DNA of 63,971 bases, filler included, from Reticulomyxa filosa (lineage: Eukaryota; Protista; Foraminifera): the NCBI GenBank assembly GCA_000512085.1. It is 21 parts of 21 records of this genome, joined end to end, with 100 filler letters (N's around TTAATTAATTAA, not from the genome) between each part and the next. Parts side by side here need not be neighbours in the genome. Positions count along the whole stretch, not along the records: positions 32,629 to 41,047 come from ASPP01011373.1; positions 41,148 to 43,066 come from ASPP01001306.1; positions 43,167 to 46,060 come from ASPP01002111.1; positions 46,161 to 48,979 come from ASPP01018392.1; positions 49,080 to 53,616 come from ASPP01004576.1; 16 more parts are not named here. One strand, given 5' to 3'. Numbering within the stretch: position 1 is the first letter of the stretch; every line of letters begins with the position of its first letter. Of the stretch, positions 39,108 to 52,000 are shown piece after piece. Made by a program: the position numbers and the translations under genes. The notes under the pieces were generated by a model. The model was given only the letters and a program-made list of their open reading frames with translations. It was not told the DNA's origin and ran no database searches.

Positions 39108-41013
39108 TCACTTAGGGATAGCCTGCAATAAAAAAATACAAAAAACAACGAATAAAAACTTTTTTAGTTAATTAAGACACAGTGATTTGAGAAAATTTGG
39201 AGGCAATGTCCTGTACTCCCCCTTGAGCTAAATCCGTAATATATTGACATGACAATCTAAAGTACTGCTTGATTTCATCCAATTTACCAGCTTCTTCGCC
39301 ATCATTGCAATCATTTATTTGTTCTTTAATTACACCTATCAGTTGACTTACTTTATCCAATTCGATCTATCATTAGAAGAACAAAAAACAAACACAATAA
39401 AACTCAAACAATGTTTTCATTGCTATAATTTCTTGCGTTTGTGGTTTAAAAACAATTTTCTAACATCTGAGCAATGTTTCATGAGTAAATATATGTATTT
39501 GTTTAATATTTCGACAAATATTTCAATTTTTTCCACTCCTTCCATCATGGAGTTTACTTTTTGAGCGGCTTTTTTTAAGCACTTATTTGCTGTTTCAGCT
39601 TGTTTGAACTCGGTCTAATTTCAATGTTTCAAAAAGAGATATATTATATTTTTCGTTGGATAAAAAGAAAAAAAAAGGACATATTTGAATACAAAGCAAA
39701 AGTATAAAATCGAGACTCAACATCCCAATATAAGTGTGCACAAAGGGCAATAGTTTGAGCGCAATGTGGCTTTTTCAATAGACGTTGTGAGTGCTGAACA
39801 CACTTACTTCGCAAAGTATCAAAGTTTTCTTCTTCCATTTTTTTGACACTTTGTAGAGCTCCAACGAAGCATCGCAGAGCTTCATATTGCTCATTGCTAT
39901 CTGAGACATACTCTTCATAGCACAAAAAAGCTTGAGAAAAAAACTCGTAAGCAATTTCAGACAATGCACAGCGATCCGCAGCCAATGCTCCTTGCAGCCA
40001 TATACGGCAGCCGATTTCCGGAGAATGGCTGCCATAGACATGACATATTTTATAAACAAATTGAAACATCTTTTTCGGTTTCATTGTCACTGTGGCATTA
40101 CTGTCATTGGAGGCATTTAACAAACGGTGTGTTCTTTGGATTAGTTCCAAGCCATTGAAGACTAAGGCCGGGAAGGTGTAAATCAATCGACGATCCCCTC
40201 CTTGGCCAAAGTGCTTTCTTGCTACGTGCAATGTCTATCGATCGATCATAAGAGGAGCACAGAAGATTGAACTTTACATTTGAACTCAAAAAAAAAAAAA
40301 AAAAAAAAAAAAGGGGGGACAACACAATGTCGAAACCTGAAAATGCATATCGGTATTTTCATTAAAAATCAATTGGATTAATTTGGCCATTAAATGTTGT
40401 TCTGAGTCAAATTGCTCATCGTTTGCATCTTTCTTTTGCTCATCACTTTGTTGTGGCCCATCAGCAGTGTCATGTTCATCATTGGAGGGACAAGAAGAAT
40501 CATCATCTTTATCGCCTCCGCTGGACTTGCCTTTCTTACTTTTCTTTGTTGCTTTTTGCTTTTCTTTGTTTGCATCGGCCTCGTTGGTGGGTTCTTCTTG
40601 ATCTTCTTCATTGTCCCCTTTTGTCTTCTTCGTCTCTTTCGTGGTCGACGTGGACTGCTGCTCGTCATACAAAAGCGGATCGATCATGCCGAACAGCAGT
40701 TCCACTTGTTCGGGTGTTTCCAAATGGACGTGGTCGAGCTGCACTAACGCGGCGATCATGTCCGTGTTGACTTGGCGTTTTTGTTCAAAGTTCAAGAATG
40801 TGATGAGTTCGCGATACTCCTTCACTTCGAACACCCTCAGCTGCATCGATTTTATGGGTGCCAACAGCATGCGAGATAGATGGCCGACAGACGACGTTGG
40901 CACCTGATTGTTGTTGCCGTGGATTGCTTCCAGCGACGCCTTAATCATCAAAGTCACATATTCATCCTTGCCGGGATAGCACTGAGCCGCAAAGTTTACC
41001 AACTCGACCTGGA

Positions 41014-41047
<34 letters not shown>
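39108..41047 (-). CDS. VPS35: Retromer subunit VPS35, C-terminal half, multi-exon
   Basis: LVNFAAQCYP, FDSEQHLMAKLI, ARKHFGQGG..RLIYTFPALVF, EIAYEFFSQAF..YEE.VSDS, LLKKPH, CAHLYW, CLKKA and FVEILNKYIY. Confidence 0.96.
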
Positions 41048-41147
41048 NNNNNNNNNNNNNNNNNNNNNNNNNNNNNNNNNNNNNNNNNNNNTTAATTAAT
41101 TAANNNNNNNNNNNNNNNNNNNNNNNNNNNNNNNNNNNNNNNNNNNN

Positions 41148-41185
<38 letters not shown>

Positions 41186-41292
41186 GTTTGCATTTGCACC
41201 ATGTGCATTACTTTTTTTTTTACAAGATAAAATATATACTCGTACATGTATGTTCAACATAAAACATGTGTGTGTGTGTGTGTGTGTACATA

Positions 41293-41667
41293 TTACAAAC
41301 CATCAGTCCCTTCGATCCACGAATTGATTTGATAGCTAGAATAAAGTAAAATGAGACCCGTTAATATTTGCGTAGACATAATCCATGTTTTACGTCGACC
41401 AATCCTTGGAATGTAAACAGCGTCAACAATTGGAGACCATAATAACTTCACAGTATACGGATAGATTGTTAAGCTAAACGTCGCCATGTCACTGTAGCCT
41501 AACTTGTCTGATAGCAGAAATGGTATTGTGCTCGAACACAGTGCTAAAGGAATACCTTGTATTGTGTACAATATAATCAACACCGTTATCCCCCATATAT
41601 CATCTTTCCAACCCTTTCCTTTTCCTTTTGAAACACCCGGACTTGTTGTAGGTTCAGACATTAACAT
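41293..41667 (-). CDS. SLC33A1: Acetyl-CoA transporter (AT-1/AmpG-like MFS), first exon; 3' truncated
   Basis: LYTIQGIPLAL, FSLTIYPYTVKLLWSPIVDAVY...GRRKTWI..TQ. Confidence 0.92.
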   Translation of the reverse strand: MLMSEPTTSPGVSKGKGKGWKDDIWGITVLIILYTIQGIPLALCSSTIPFLLSDKLGYSDMATFSLTIYPYTVKLLWSPIVDAVYIPRIGRRKTWIMSTQILTGLILLYSSYQINSWIEGTDGL

Positions 41668-42048
41668 TAACTATTGCTGACGTCACCAATAGACACTTAC
41701 AAAAAAAAAGGGGAGGAAGGGGAAAACAACGGCCTTGTTTCTTGTTCAGTATTACTACTTGTTGGACAAAGTTCATCATGATATGGAAGATGTTTACACA
41801 AAGAAAAGAGAAAATAGAGGACTAAAACATTAAACTTGAATGAAATTAGGGAAGATAAATAAAAATAATAAATACAAAAATCTTGTTTGTTTCAAATTCA
41901 TCAATAAAAAAAGAAACGGTGTGATGAAAGAAGCAGTGTCTATTATTGATCAAAACAATAAATTTGAAGTCCAAAAAAAAAAAAGGAAACGCTCAATTTA
42001 AGGTACAATTTGTGATTTTATCTATTAAAAACCCGGTAAAACAACAGA

Positions 42049-42549
42049 ATGGCGGAATTGCAACCATTACCGTTTGCTTCAGATGAATTTTCACTATTGT
42101 GGGCAAAGGGTTTCATGGGATTGACAGCGTGGCACTTTTTGGACAAATGGGCAAAATGGAGATGGCACGTGAAAACATTCAGGTAAAAACAAAGCAAATC
42201 AACAATCACAATAATTAGGAAAAATACATTAATGTATGTACAATGATAACTACTTAAATGAATATGACGTGTTACGGCTGTGAAATGACAGATATGTGTC
42301 GTGGGGTGTACCAGCCCTTGTATTTGGAAGCTGGATGCTCGCCCCCGCACTTGAAAATTGGGTAATTTTGTTTTTCTCTTTTTCTTTGTTTCTTCGATAT
42401 GGCTTTATCACTAATATACATTTGTACTTGCGTATCGAAATTTTTTAAACATAACGTCAAATAAAACACAGACAAGACCCCATGTGAGAGCTTTCCCATT
42501 TAAAGGGCACCCATTGGAAAACGAACTTTCTGAAGATTTACAGAAATAA
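42049..42549 (+). CDS. 93-aa single-TM protein, putative cytochrome bc1 small subunit (QCR10/UQCR11-like)
   Basis: Exons 42049-42182, 42292-42361 and 42472-42549 join in frame via GT-AG introns to MAELQPLPFASDEFSLLWAKGFMGLTAWHFLDKWAKWRWHVKTFRYVSWGVPALVFGSWMLAPALENWTRPHVRAFPFKGHPLENELSEDLQK*. The gene model is well supported; the product is inferred. Confidence 0.6.
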
Positions 42550-45406
42550 TAACCAAAATAATTTTTTTATTATTATTCATTCATTCGGTCGAATTTTATC
42601 TTTCCTTCCAATAAAAAAAACTCCAAAATTTTCAAAATAGCTGACAGCGTTTGCTGTATTTGCTATTGAAAATGAGCACAAAAAAAGCAATTTACAACAG
42701 ATTGTTATCATAACGCATTTGATTTCAGCAATTTTTTTAAACTCCACTGACAAAAATTATTTTACCATTAGTGGGATTTCAAATTTTTTAAAAATGAAAT
42801 CTACACGTCCTGGTGTATCTAAAAAATATGTTTCATCTTTAATAAAAATGTAGATCATGAAAAATTGTTTATGTTTCAAAAATGAAAAAAGTATTAGAGA
42901 TTTTTTCTACGCTTTTATTAAAACCAAACACATTTTTAGATCATTAAAAAGTTGTTATTTTCATGAATAAAATTGCAATTGTTTATATTTATTCATTTCA
43001 GGAGATTTTTTTAATGTTGATTGTATGTTATAATGGATAAAAATGTCAAAAATTATGTGTTGAAGTNNNNNNNNNNNNNNNNNNNNNNNNNNNNNNNNNN
43101 NNNNNNNNNNTTAATTAATTAANNNNNNNNNNNNNNNNNNNNNNNNNNNNNNNNNNNNNNNNNNNNTTGTTCAGGAATTGATTTCAAACCCATTTTCTCC
43201 TTGTCTTTGCTTTTTTCTTCTTCCATCTTACTCAGTTTCTTTTGGTTCTTGGTTTCTTAATTAGATGATGTAGAGGAATTTATTCTGGAATTTTTTTTTT
43301 GGCAACTCTAATTTTTTTTTTAGTACAAAAATCACACTATTTGAAAAAAAATTAATTTAAAAAGTTGTTTTTACTATTAAAATTAAAAATGATAGTATAC
43401 TCTAATTACTGAAATCATGTAAGAGAGTAGATGAAATATTTATTGTTAAAGATGAAAGTAAAAACTACTTTATTGTAAATTTCATGTAAAAAAACAAATA
43501 CAGCGTATTGTCCTTATTCAAATATTTTGTTTTCTTACTTGGTTGTTCCCTACAAAAAGGGAAAAATTTTAGGACTTTTAATTTAAAATTCAATTGCAAA
43601 AAAAGGATTAAAAGTAAAAAAATTTGATGCAGTACAACCTTTGAGTAATTCTCTGTTCTTAATAATGAAACGAGATTGTTCCACCATTTAAGAACTGAAA
43701 AGGAAAAAAAAAGAACTAAGAACTGAGTGATTTTTTAGAAATGCATATTCAAGGTTATCTCATGTGCAAATGAGGAAATTCAATTACATAAATTTTGTTG
43801 TTCAATATTTTTATCTTTTTCTTCATGAATGGTACTTTTTGAAGATATCAAATTAATGTGTCTGACTCCGTCCAATAATTTTAAAAAGCAAGGAGATATA
43901 CAATTCAAAGGACGTGAATTTGTTTTTAAAGAATTACTCAATACAATAAACGTGACAACAATCTTCACATATATTTAATTTATTTTCTCTCAATTGTTGC
44001 AACTGTTTTTTATTCAGTGAATAAATACTATTAAACAAACAAACTAGATTTAAATGTATTTTAATTTTTAAATAAATTTGTTTTCTTCTTTTGATTATGG
44101 GAACACATTAATTTAAATGATAAAGCAAAATCATCCCAAGATCTATGTTATATCTAAAGAAACATCAATCCACGGCTTTGTACATCAGATGTCTTCTACA
44201 TAAAGTAATTTGAAAAAGGAGTATACAAAACTTATTTAACTTTTTCAATTTAATTCATTTATGCTTATGCAGTTTTAATGTTTTAAAGTTGTATATCCAA
44301 ATTCTTATTCTTCACATTTCAAGTATAAAAGTTGTGTTAAATTACACTTTTTATTTCGACCTTTTAAAAAACTAATCAATTTGGACAAGTTCTTTTTAAA
44401 AGATTTTTATCTTTATTGAAAAAGAAATATCATGTATGTTAAAATCCATTTTTCATATTTCCAAAAATATTTTTGAAAACCACTTTCATTTGCCCTTGAA
44501 AGAAAAAACTTCCATTTTACATCATCAAAAACGAGCTTAAGCAAAAAAATAAAATGACAATGAAAAGCAAACTTCAGCACAACTAGCGTTGCTAAGCTTT
44601 ATTACAAGCTTTCAGAGAGTCTGTTGCCTTTTTTATTGTTTTACGGGCAACAAAATCGACGACGAGAAGAACTCGATACAATTGCTTCGCTCAACATTCG
44701 CCCATAACGCAGTAGTATTTATGCCATGCTAAAAAACGATTGAGAAGGATATTACGCGAGACAGTGGACTGTCAAGTCAAGTTTTTGAAAAAGAAATGCT
44801 TTGCTTGTTTGTCAAATGTGCTGAAAAACGTTAAATACAAAATCGATTCAAAATCTCTGTCGTCATACCAAACGGCCAACATTGATGCAGTGACGAAGGA
44901 CTGGCTATTGCGTAACTGTTGATGATCCGCTTGCTGTTCTTGAGCGCCATTGACTGCGTGTCTGTAATGGAAGCGGCAGTGGAACAAATGCAAAACTAGT
45001 CGTCCACGTCGACGAGTAAATATTCGAAGAAAGATAATGCAAGAAAGAAAGCAAAGAAGGAGCACAAGCACGAAGAAAAAGCTCGATATGAAAAAGTATC
45101 TGATATAACAACAGCAATAGAACAAAAGACAAATCAACCGGTAACGAAAATTTTAGTAGCAAGTTGTGATTATTTTTTTTGGTTTATTGGATATACGTTA
45201 CACTTTTATAAGTAGTTTGTAAAAACAATAAACAAAAATTTAGAAAAGTTGTTGGAATAAAAAAATTTTCAAAAATGATTGGAATGGTAGTTTTCATGTT
45301 GGACTTGCTTTAGTTGCGTCACAATTTTCAATATAAACTTTTATTTTTCAACATTCCAACAAGTTTTTTTTATTGTTATTCTTTGGCTTCTAGTCTGACT
45401 CACAAG

Positions 45407-46038
45407 ATGTCTGGAATACAACAAGGAATTTTATTTGAAAGAATACGTATTAGAATGTCGCATCGTGAGGCTGGCCAGAAATTTGGGATACATCATGACA
45501 CAGCAAAAAAAGTTTACCTCTGAAGTGACAGAAAAGAATACATTGGTGAAGACATAATGAAATGATTTTCGATCGTACTACAAGCCTAATGTGAAAGGTG
45601 GTGGATGAAGCATGATTTGGGGATGCATGGGGGCAAAAGGAGTCAGTGATGCTGACAAAATCACAGGAACTGTTAACTCTGAGTTGTATAAAGAGATTCT
45701 CGCTGACGAAAGGTGGAACTCTAGTCAATATTGTCTCGAAGAAAAGTATCAGGAAGACTTTATCTTTCAGCAAGACAATGCATCTTGTCACAAGTCGGAT
45801 AGCGCTCTTAGAACATCCTCCGCAGAGCACAGACATCAATACAATCGAGAATCTGTGGCGAATTAGAAATATGAAGATCCACAACAACCATGATGTTAAA
45901 TCTTTGGAGAAGCTTTGGGAGGTGTTTGAGAAAGAATTGGAAGAGATTGACAAAGATATTTATAGAATGTTAGTGGAATCCATGACTGATAGGATAAAAG
46001 CTTTGATCAAAGCAAGGGGTGTGCATACGAAATATTAA
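45407..46038 (+). mobile_element. Decayed, internally deleted Tc1-family transposase
   Basis: HTH-like SHREAGQKFGIHHDTA, VKGGG*SMIWGCM, FIFQQDNASCHKS, PPQSTDINTIENLW and LVESMTDRIKALIKARGVHTKY*. Confidence 0.9.
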
Positions 46039-46160
46039 GAATTTTTGTTGGTGTTTTTTGNNNNNNNNNNNNNNNNNNNNNNNNNNNNNNNNNNNNNNNN
46101 NNNNTTAATTAATTAANNNNNNNNNNNNNNNNNNNNNNNNNNNNNNNNNNNNNNNNNNNN

Positions 46161-47237
46161 TATTGCAATTATTGCAATTATTGCATGATCACAATGTGCT
46201 TTGTGTATTTATTTGTCAATGGGTAACTCCTGTGAACAAGGTGGAAAAAAATTTAAAAGAGGCGATTGTCAACGGAGTGAAGGTCCGTTGTATTGTGGTA
46301 ATAAACCCTGGAAACCCAACTGGACAGTACTTGACTTTAAAGAACATGATCAATATTATCGAACTGGCTGAAAAGTATAGGCTAGTAATATTGGCTGATG
46401 AGGTATATCAAGAAAATGTGTACAAGAACGAGATTTCCCTTTCATCTCTTTTAAAAAGGTATTGAAACGGGAAGTGTAAAATGATACTGATATCATTCCA
46501 CAGCATTAGTAAAGGAGTATTTGGTGAGTGTGGTTTGCTTGGTGGGTACTTGGAACTTACCAACATTGACAAATCTGCTCAAAAGCAGTTGTTCAAATTC
46601 GTTTCAATTGGCATGTGTTCAAATACGCTTGACCAAGCAATGGTAACAATTGTTTATTTCAATTTTTTATTTTTTTTTTGTAACTGTTCTTGCAATAATA
46701 AAACAAAATAATCAAAGTCCTTGCGTTTGTCCCTGTTTGTTTGTTGTTTGTCGCTTTTTCGTGCTATGGAAAAATGAAAAGGTAGAGTTGATGTGCAACC
46801 CCTCCAAAAAAGGCGATCCATCATATGACCTGTTTCAGCTTGAGTATAATCAGCGATACAAGGAATTATATGAGCGTGCTCTCATGGTGAGTCAATCGTT
46901 GAATAAAATTTCTGGTATATCTTGTCAACCTATCAATGGTGCAATGTATGCTTTTCCTAAATTAATGTTCGATACTCACATTGTTGAAAATATCAAAAGT
47001 CGTCACCCAGGCCAATCCCCAGATTTTGTGTATTGTATGGAATTATTGGAAACTATTGGCATATGTGTGATTCCCGGCTGTGCTTTTGGACAAAAGGAAA
47101 ACACATACCATTTTCGAATGACATTATTACCCTCAAAAAGTGAACTACAAAGAGTGATTGAGGCGATTCGACAGTTTCATGTGGATGTTTTGAGTACATA
47201 TTCTCTCTCCACAAATTCTACAAGCGACAAGCAATAA
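46161..47237 (+). pseudogene. GPT: Alanine aminotransferase paralog, disrupted; 5' truncated
   Basis: INPGNPTG, LADEVYQEN, SFHSISKG..GECG, GAMYAFP and FGQKENTYHFR. Compensating frameshifts with a stop lie at ~46435-46475, and ECGxRGG reads ECGLLGG. Confidence 0.8.
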
Positions 47238-47879
47238 ATAACAAATATGGCAATTAATCCAAATATATATTTTTTCAGCTAGAAACTCATGTACATTTTT
47301 TGTTTTTTGATTTTGTTATGCAAGAGCTAAGTACTGTTGCTATTTCACAAATTTATTTGGTATTATGTTGTGACTCTTCAGTACATGAAAAGACAGTTTG
47401 AGAATATGTGACCATCTTTTTTAAAAGGTACAAGAATAAAGTAGGTTCATTTTTTCCGCTTCTCGCATGCAAACCGTAAATAAAAGAATAGAAATGGCAT
47501 ATACTGCTTTTTTTTGTGATAAAGTTTGTGGGCAATATTACCAACGAAAATATTGAATGTAACATTCAAGTAATATAATAAATGTGTCCCAAATCGTTTT
47601 TTTGTAAAGTTTTAAATGAGTTGTATTATAAAGTCATTTATGTTGGACATTTCAAATCCAGCAAATACTTTATTTCTTTCTTTGTTGAATAACAACCCGA
47701 CAAAAGAGATATTGAGATTATAGATCGCCAGTGTTTTATGGATTTTGTAGATATCTTTTGTGGGTGTTGTGCATAACAAATTGGCTTGCACAAAAAAAAA
47801 ATAAAAAAAAATAAAATAGCATGATAGGATTTAAAAAACGCTCAGAAAGTTTGTATTGCAGTCAAACGAACAAAGCAAA

Positions 47880-48934
47880 TTAACATTCAATCGGTTGCTG
47901 TCTTCTTCGATAGAATAGGACATAAGCATTAGCAGAAACAACATCCTCTCGTTTTAATGGCATGAGTTTCTGATCATCGAAACGGTACCATTCTTCATTT
48001 TGCACATCATCTTGCTTGAATTGCCCAATATTTGGACATTGAGCAAATCTGTCAGTCCTGACGTAGGCCCAGTAATGGCCTCCTTCCATTATTCCAAAGT
48101 GATTCTGAGGAGGTGGAAAGGGGTAAGAAAAAAAAAAAAAAAGAACTTAATAACAAAAGCAACAAAAATCAATAAATTTTTTTTTGCACACACACACATA
48201 ACAATGACTGCGAATAGATCATATTTGGGCACTACGCTTTGTGACTTCTGTTCTTCAGGTAAGTAAGGCGTCAGATCCAGGTCTCGAATGGGGAAATCGA
48301 CTAACCCTTGAATTTTGCGTCCGTATCCTCCCAAGAACCCCATGACTCCACCCACAAAACGTTTCAAATGAATGATAAGAATTTCGGGCAATCTCCACAA
48401 GTGTAATTGTTTACTCGCTTCTCTATTTTTATCGCACGCCTTGCATTTCCACGGAGTTTCCAAAACCTCTGGTGCGGTGAATAGTTTGAGACAATCGTAT
48501 ACATTGATATGACTCTTTTTAAACTCGTCAATGACCTGATAGGCAACGGCTTTTTCCATGTCAACGTAATGGCAAACATCGTGGTAAGAAAGATCGACAT
48601 GGACCGTGCATGTATTTTTCTCTTCATTGGTCAATGGGATCTCTGCATCGTCGTCCGCAATAGGGATATCTCGTTGCTCCACACGTACACTCAACTCAAT
48701 GCTGGGAAACGGTGGCATATTTCCGCTCACCGGCTTGCCAAAGGCACGGAAGAACACGCGCACCCGTTTGAACAGTTCCTGTCCGCTTACCGGAGCGGGT
48801 AAATCAAACAGAGAAGGATGGGCGAAATACGCGTGATCATTGTCGTGCTTTGGATGTCGATAACGATAGTTCATGCGAATTTGGGTCGTTTGCTTACGCT
48901 ATTGAATCAAGGTAACAAACAAAAATTAATTTTT

Positions 48935-48979
<45 letters not shown>
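47880..48979 (-). CDS. Ubiquitin-specific protease (USP4/11/15-like), C-terminal catalytic part
   Basis: WKCKAC...ASKQLHLWRLPEILIIHLKRF, VDFPIRDLDL, YDLFAV, His box GGHYWAY, WYRFDD and AYVLFYRR. Confidence 0.93.
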
Positions 48980-49079
48980 NNNNNNNNNNNNNNNNNNNNN
49001 NNNNNNNNNNNNNNNNNNNNNNNTTAATTAATTAANNNNNNNNNNNNNNNNNNNNNNNNNNNNNNNNNNNNNNNNNNNN

Positions 49080-52000
49080 TGTACCAATGTTCCCGCCCCA
49101 ATAATGCACACATCATTAATTTGGCTGTAGGCACACCGCAAGTCATTTCACTACAGCCACGTCCAACTAGTGCCAAGGCCGTGTCAACGGCCATCACATA
49201 TATTACCACACAGACGATCACATTAACAAACATCACAACGATCATTCATCACACAAATTTGGAATATACGGGCAGCAAATGTGCGCCAAATCACGAGATT
49301 TGAAAAAAAAAAGATGGAGTTATGTAAAAAAATTTGATAATACAAAATGGAAATATGTTTCAATTTTATAATTAAAAAAAAAAATAGACAACACGCCGAG
49401 ACTACCAGAGTAAATGCTTTGCTCAAGTCAAGGCCACGATGGAGACATACGTGGCAAGACAATGCAAGCACAAACGACTGGATGATCGGCAAAGTTGGTG
49501 TGGAAAGTAAGGTCAATATGATCAAGAAAATTGATTGTATGTTCGTTCAAGACAAGTTGGGCGTGAATGTTATAATGACATTACACGCGCCAGTTGAACA
49601 GACAGTGTGGCATCCAAATTGCATTATGTGGCCCATAGATGATTGCCCAAATGGAAAGACCCTTATGGTGATGATGGGCATACTGTTGGCCAGTGTGGCT
49701 ATTCAACGTGTCCGGCCATTATCACAATTGCGTCAATGATAGACGCATTGCTCAATGGTCGAGCGTGACGAACTGTGTCATCACAAAAAGCCCGTACACG
49801 GCAGAGCAAAAAGGGCCAGTCAATTACAAGCAAGACGGCACGCCCAATTGGTACATCAAACATTTTTTAAATAAGCATATACATGTACATACTTTTGTTT
49901 TTGAAATAAGCATACAAAAACAATGTAAATTTTTTTTTTTGAACGTATAAAAAATAACATAGGACAATGATGCGACAATGACACCACAACGACGAGCAAA
50001 AACGGGGTAGGATCCATCTCCGTCTCCGAAAGGAGCAAAAAAGGTTTGATATCTTTTTTTTTATTATTATAAAAAAATAAATCTGATGTTTGCTTGAGTA
50101 TAGGAATCCTCCGTCCGCCAAAAACTGTTACCTGTTTGCCCCTTCCCTACACATACAAAAAAAAATGGGGTCGAAGACCATCTGGTTTCCGATAAAAAAA
50201 TTAGAGGTATGATGTGTTTATATGTTTATGTTTTTCTTTTATCAAAATAATGTGATTGTGTATGTGTGTAATACATAGGAATTCCCCCGCACAAAGAAAA
50301 ATTTGTATTTATATTTTGTTTGCCCCCTCCATATATACATAACAAAAAAAAATTTTGAGTGTTAATAGGAGAAAAATTGAAACGTAAGCTTGAACTCCAT
50401 CGCAAAGTTATGTATATTATTTTTGTTAATTTTAAAAATTTTTTAAAGTTTTTTTGTGTGTTTGTATAGACTAACAAGATCCAAAGATTTTTTTATGATA
50501 AGAAACTGAAGAAGTGGTGGTGGGAAAAAAACAGTGGGAATATGTGGAAAAAATGGGATGAAAATAAAAAAGGGGGGAGGGAAAAGTATGATGAGAAAAA
50601 AAAGAAATATGAAAAAAAAATTTATTATTATAAAAGAAAAAAAAAAGAGGTTGAAAATAAAAAGAAGAAAATGATAATTAATAAAAAAAAGATTGTAAAA
50701 AAAGAAAAAGAAAAAGAAAAAAAAAAATGATAAAAAAGAAAAAAAAGTCGTTATTTTTTTAATTTTTAAGTATTGGAGCAATGACTCCAAAAATGTTGGA
50801 TCTGATGGATCTAAACAAAAAGTTAAGTAAAATAAATAATTTTTTTTTTACATATTAAATTGTTTAAAATAAAAAAATAGAACTAGAAAGCAACGGAAGC
50901 GGTGGATCGTCACAATAAGTTCAGTATTAAAAATCATTGCACACTATACGCTCTTCTCACTTTTCATGTTATCCGTGTGTGTTTTACCTTTTTTTTTATA
51001 ACAATAAAGTAAGCATTTTTTTACATATAAAGCATTTCGCATATGAAGAAAGATCGGCCTGACTTTCCTGGATCCAAAGCGATAATATCTCCTATGCTGC
51101 ACGAATTCGTTTGATCACGTTCCGGCAACCGTACCAAACTCTTACCATTCGTATCCTTCCCGACAAGTGTCCTAACTTTGAGCCAATGCAAAATTAAACG
51201 GTAACTCTATTGGTATTCTCAACAACACGTCATACAATATCTTTCCATGCCTTTGTACTATAGTTGTGAACACTATACGTGTTGCGGGGCTGCCAATGTG
51301 CGGTGGCGATTATGCTGTTGAAAAGTAGTATTGGAGTGTGCCAATCAGTCGTATTTTCCCGATTGCACGAATTATGTTATCTGCAGATTCATTGTATTGA
51401 CATTGAAGAACAAGAACGGACTGTCGCACAAATGGCTTTACATGTTGAATAAGATATACGTTAACAAAGACCCCCGGTTGCAAGGCAAATGGAACATTAT
51501 CAAACTGGAACGGCAAGTGGCAAAGATAAACCAATTGCGAATTGAAATACATAGTATCAAGATATAATTAAGTCAAGGAGTTGCTAGCGCGAATATCCGT
51601 TAACAGTTGTGAATGCGCAGAATTATTGAATATGAATTACAGCGGCAGATGGTGACAAGCTCTCAAAGGTGAAGGAGGAAAAAAACCTTATTATGCGTGC
51701 AAGTTTTTATACAACAAGAAGCAGCACATTAAGCTTTAAAGTGTCAATTGTGGCAATCTCGAGCGTGGCTATTCTTCGTTAATATTTGCATCGAATACAA
51801 CGAATGGAGTGCATTCAAACTGTGCATACGACGAAGCATGTGACAGCACAAGGTCAATGTGTGGAACGATCATTAGTATGACCATACTCGAATGGAGGAT
51901 TGAGGATGCGAATATATTTATGGTTGCGAGCACGGAACGATACCAATAGTCAAGCGAATGTCGTGTGGCGAGTGGGCTTGAATATTACAGTACAAAAAAT

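Noticed and set aside
44553-45110. Coding-like stretch upstream of the Tc1 remnant
   Set aside because: Stops in all frames and no recognisable motif; it cannot be assigned.
50443-50790. Phe-rich and Lys-rich ORFs
   Set aside because: Low-complexity A-rich sequence, not credible coding.
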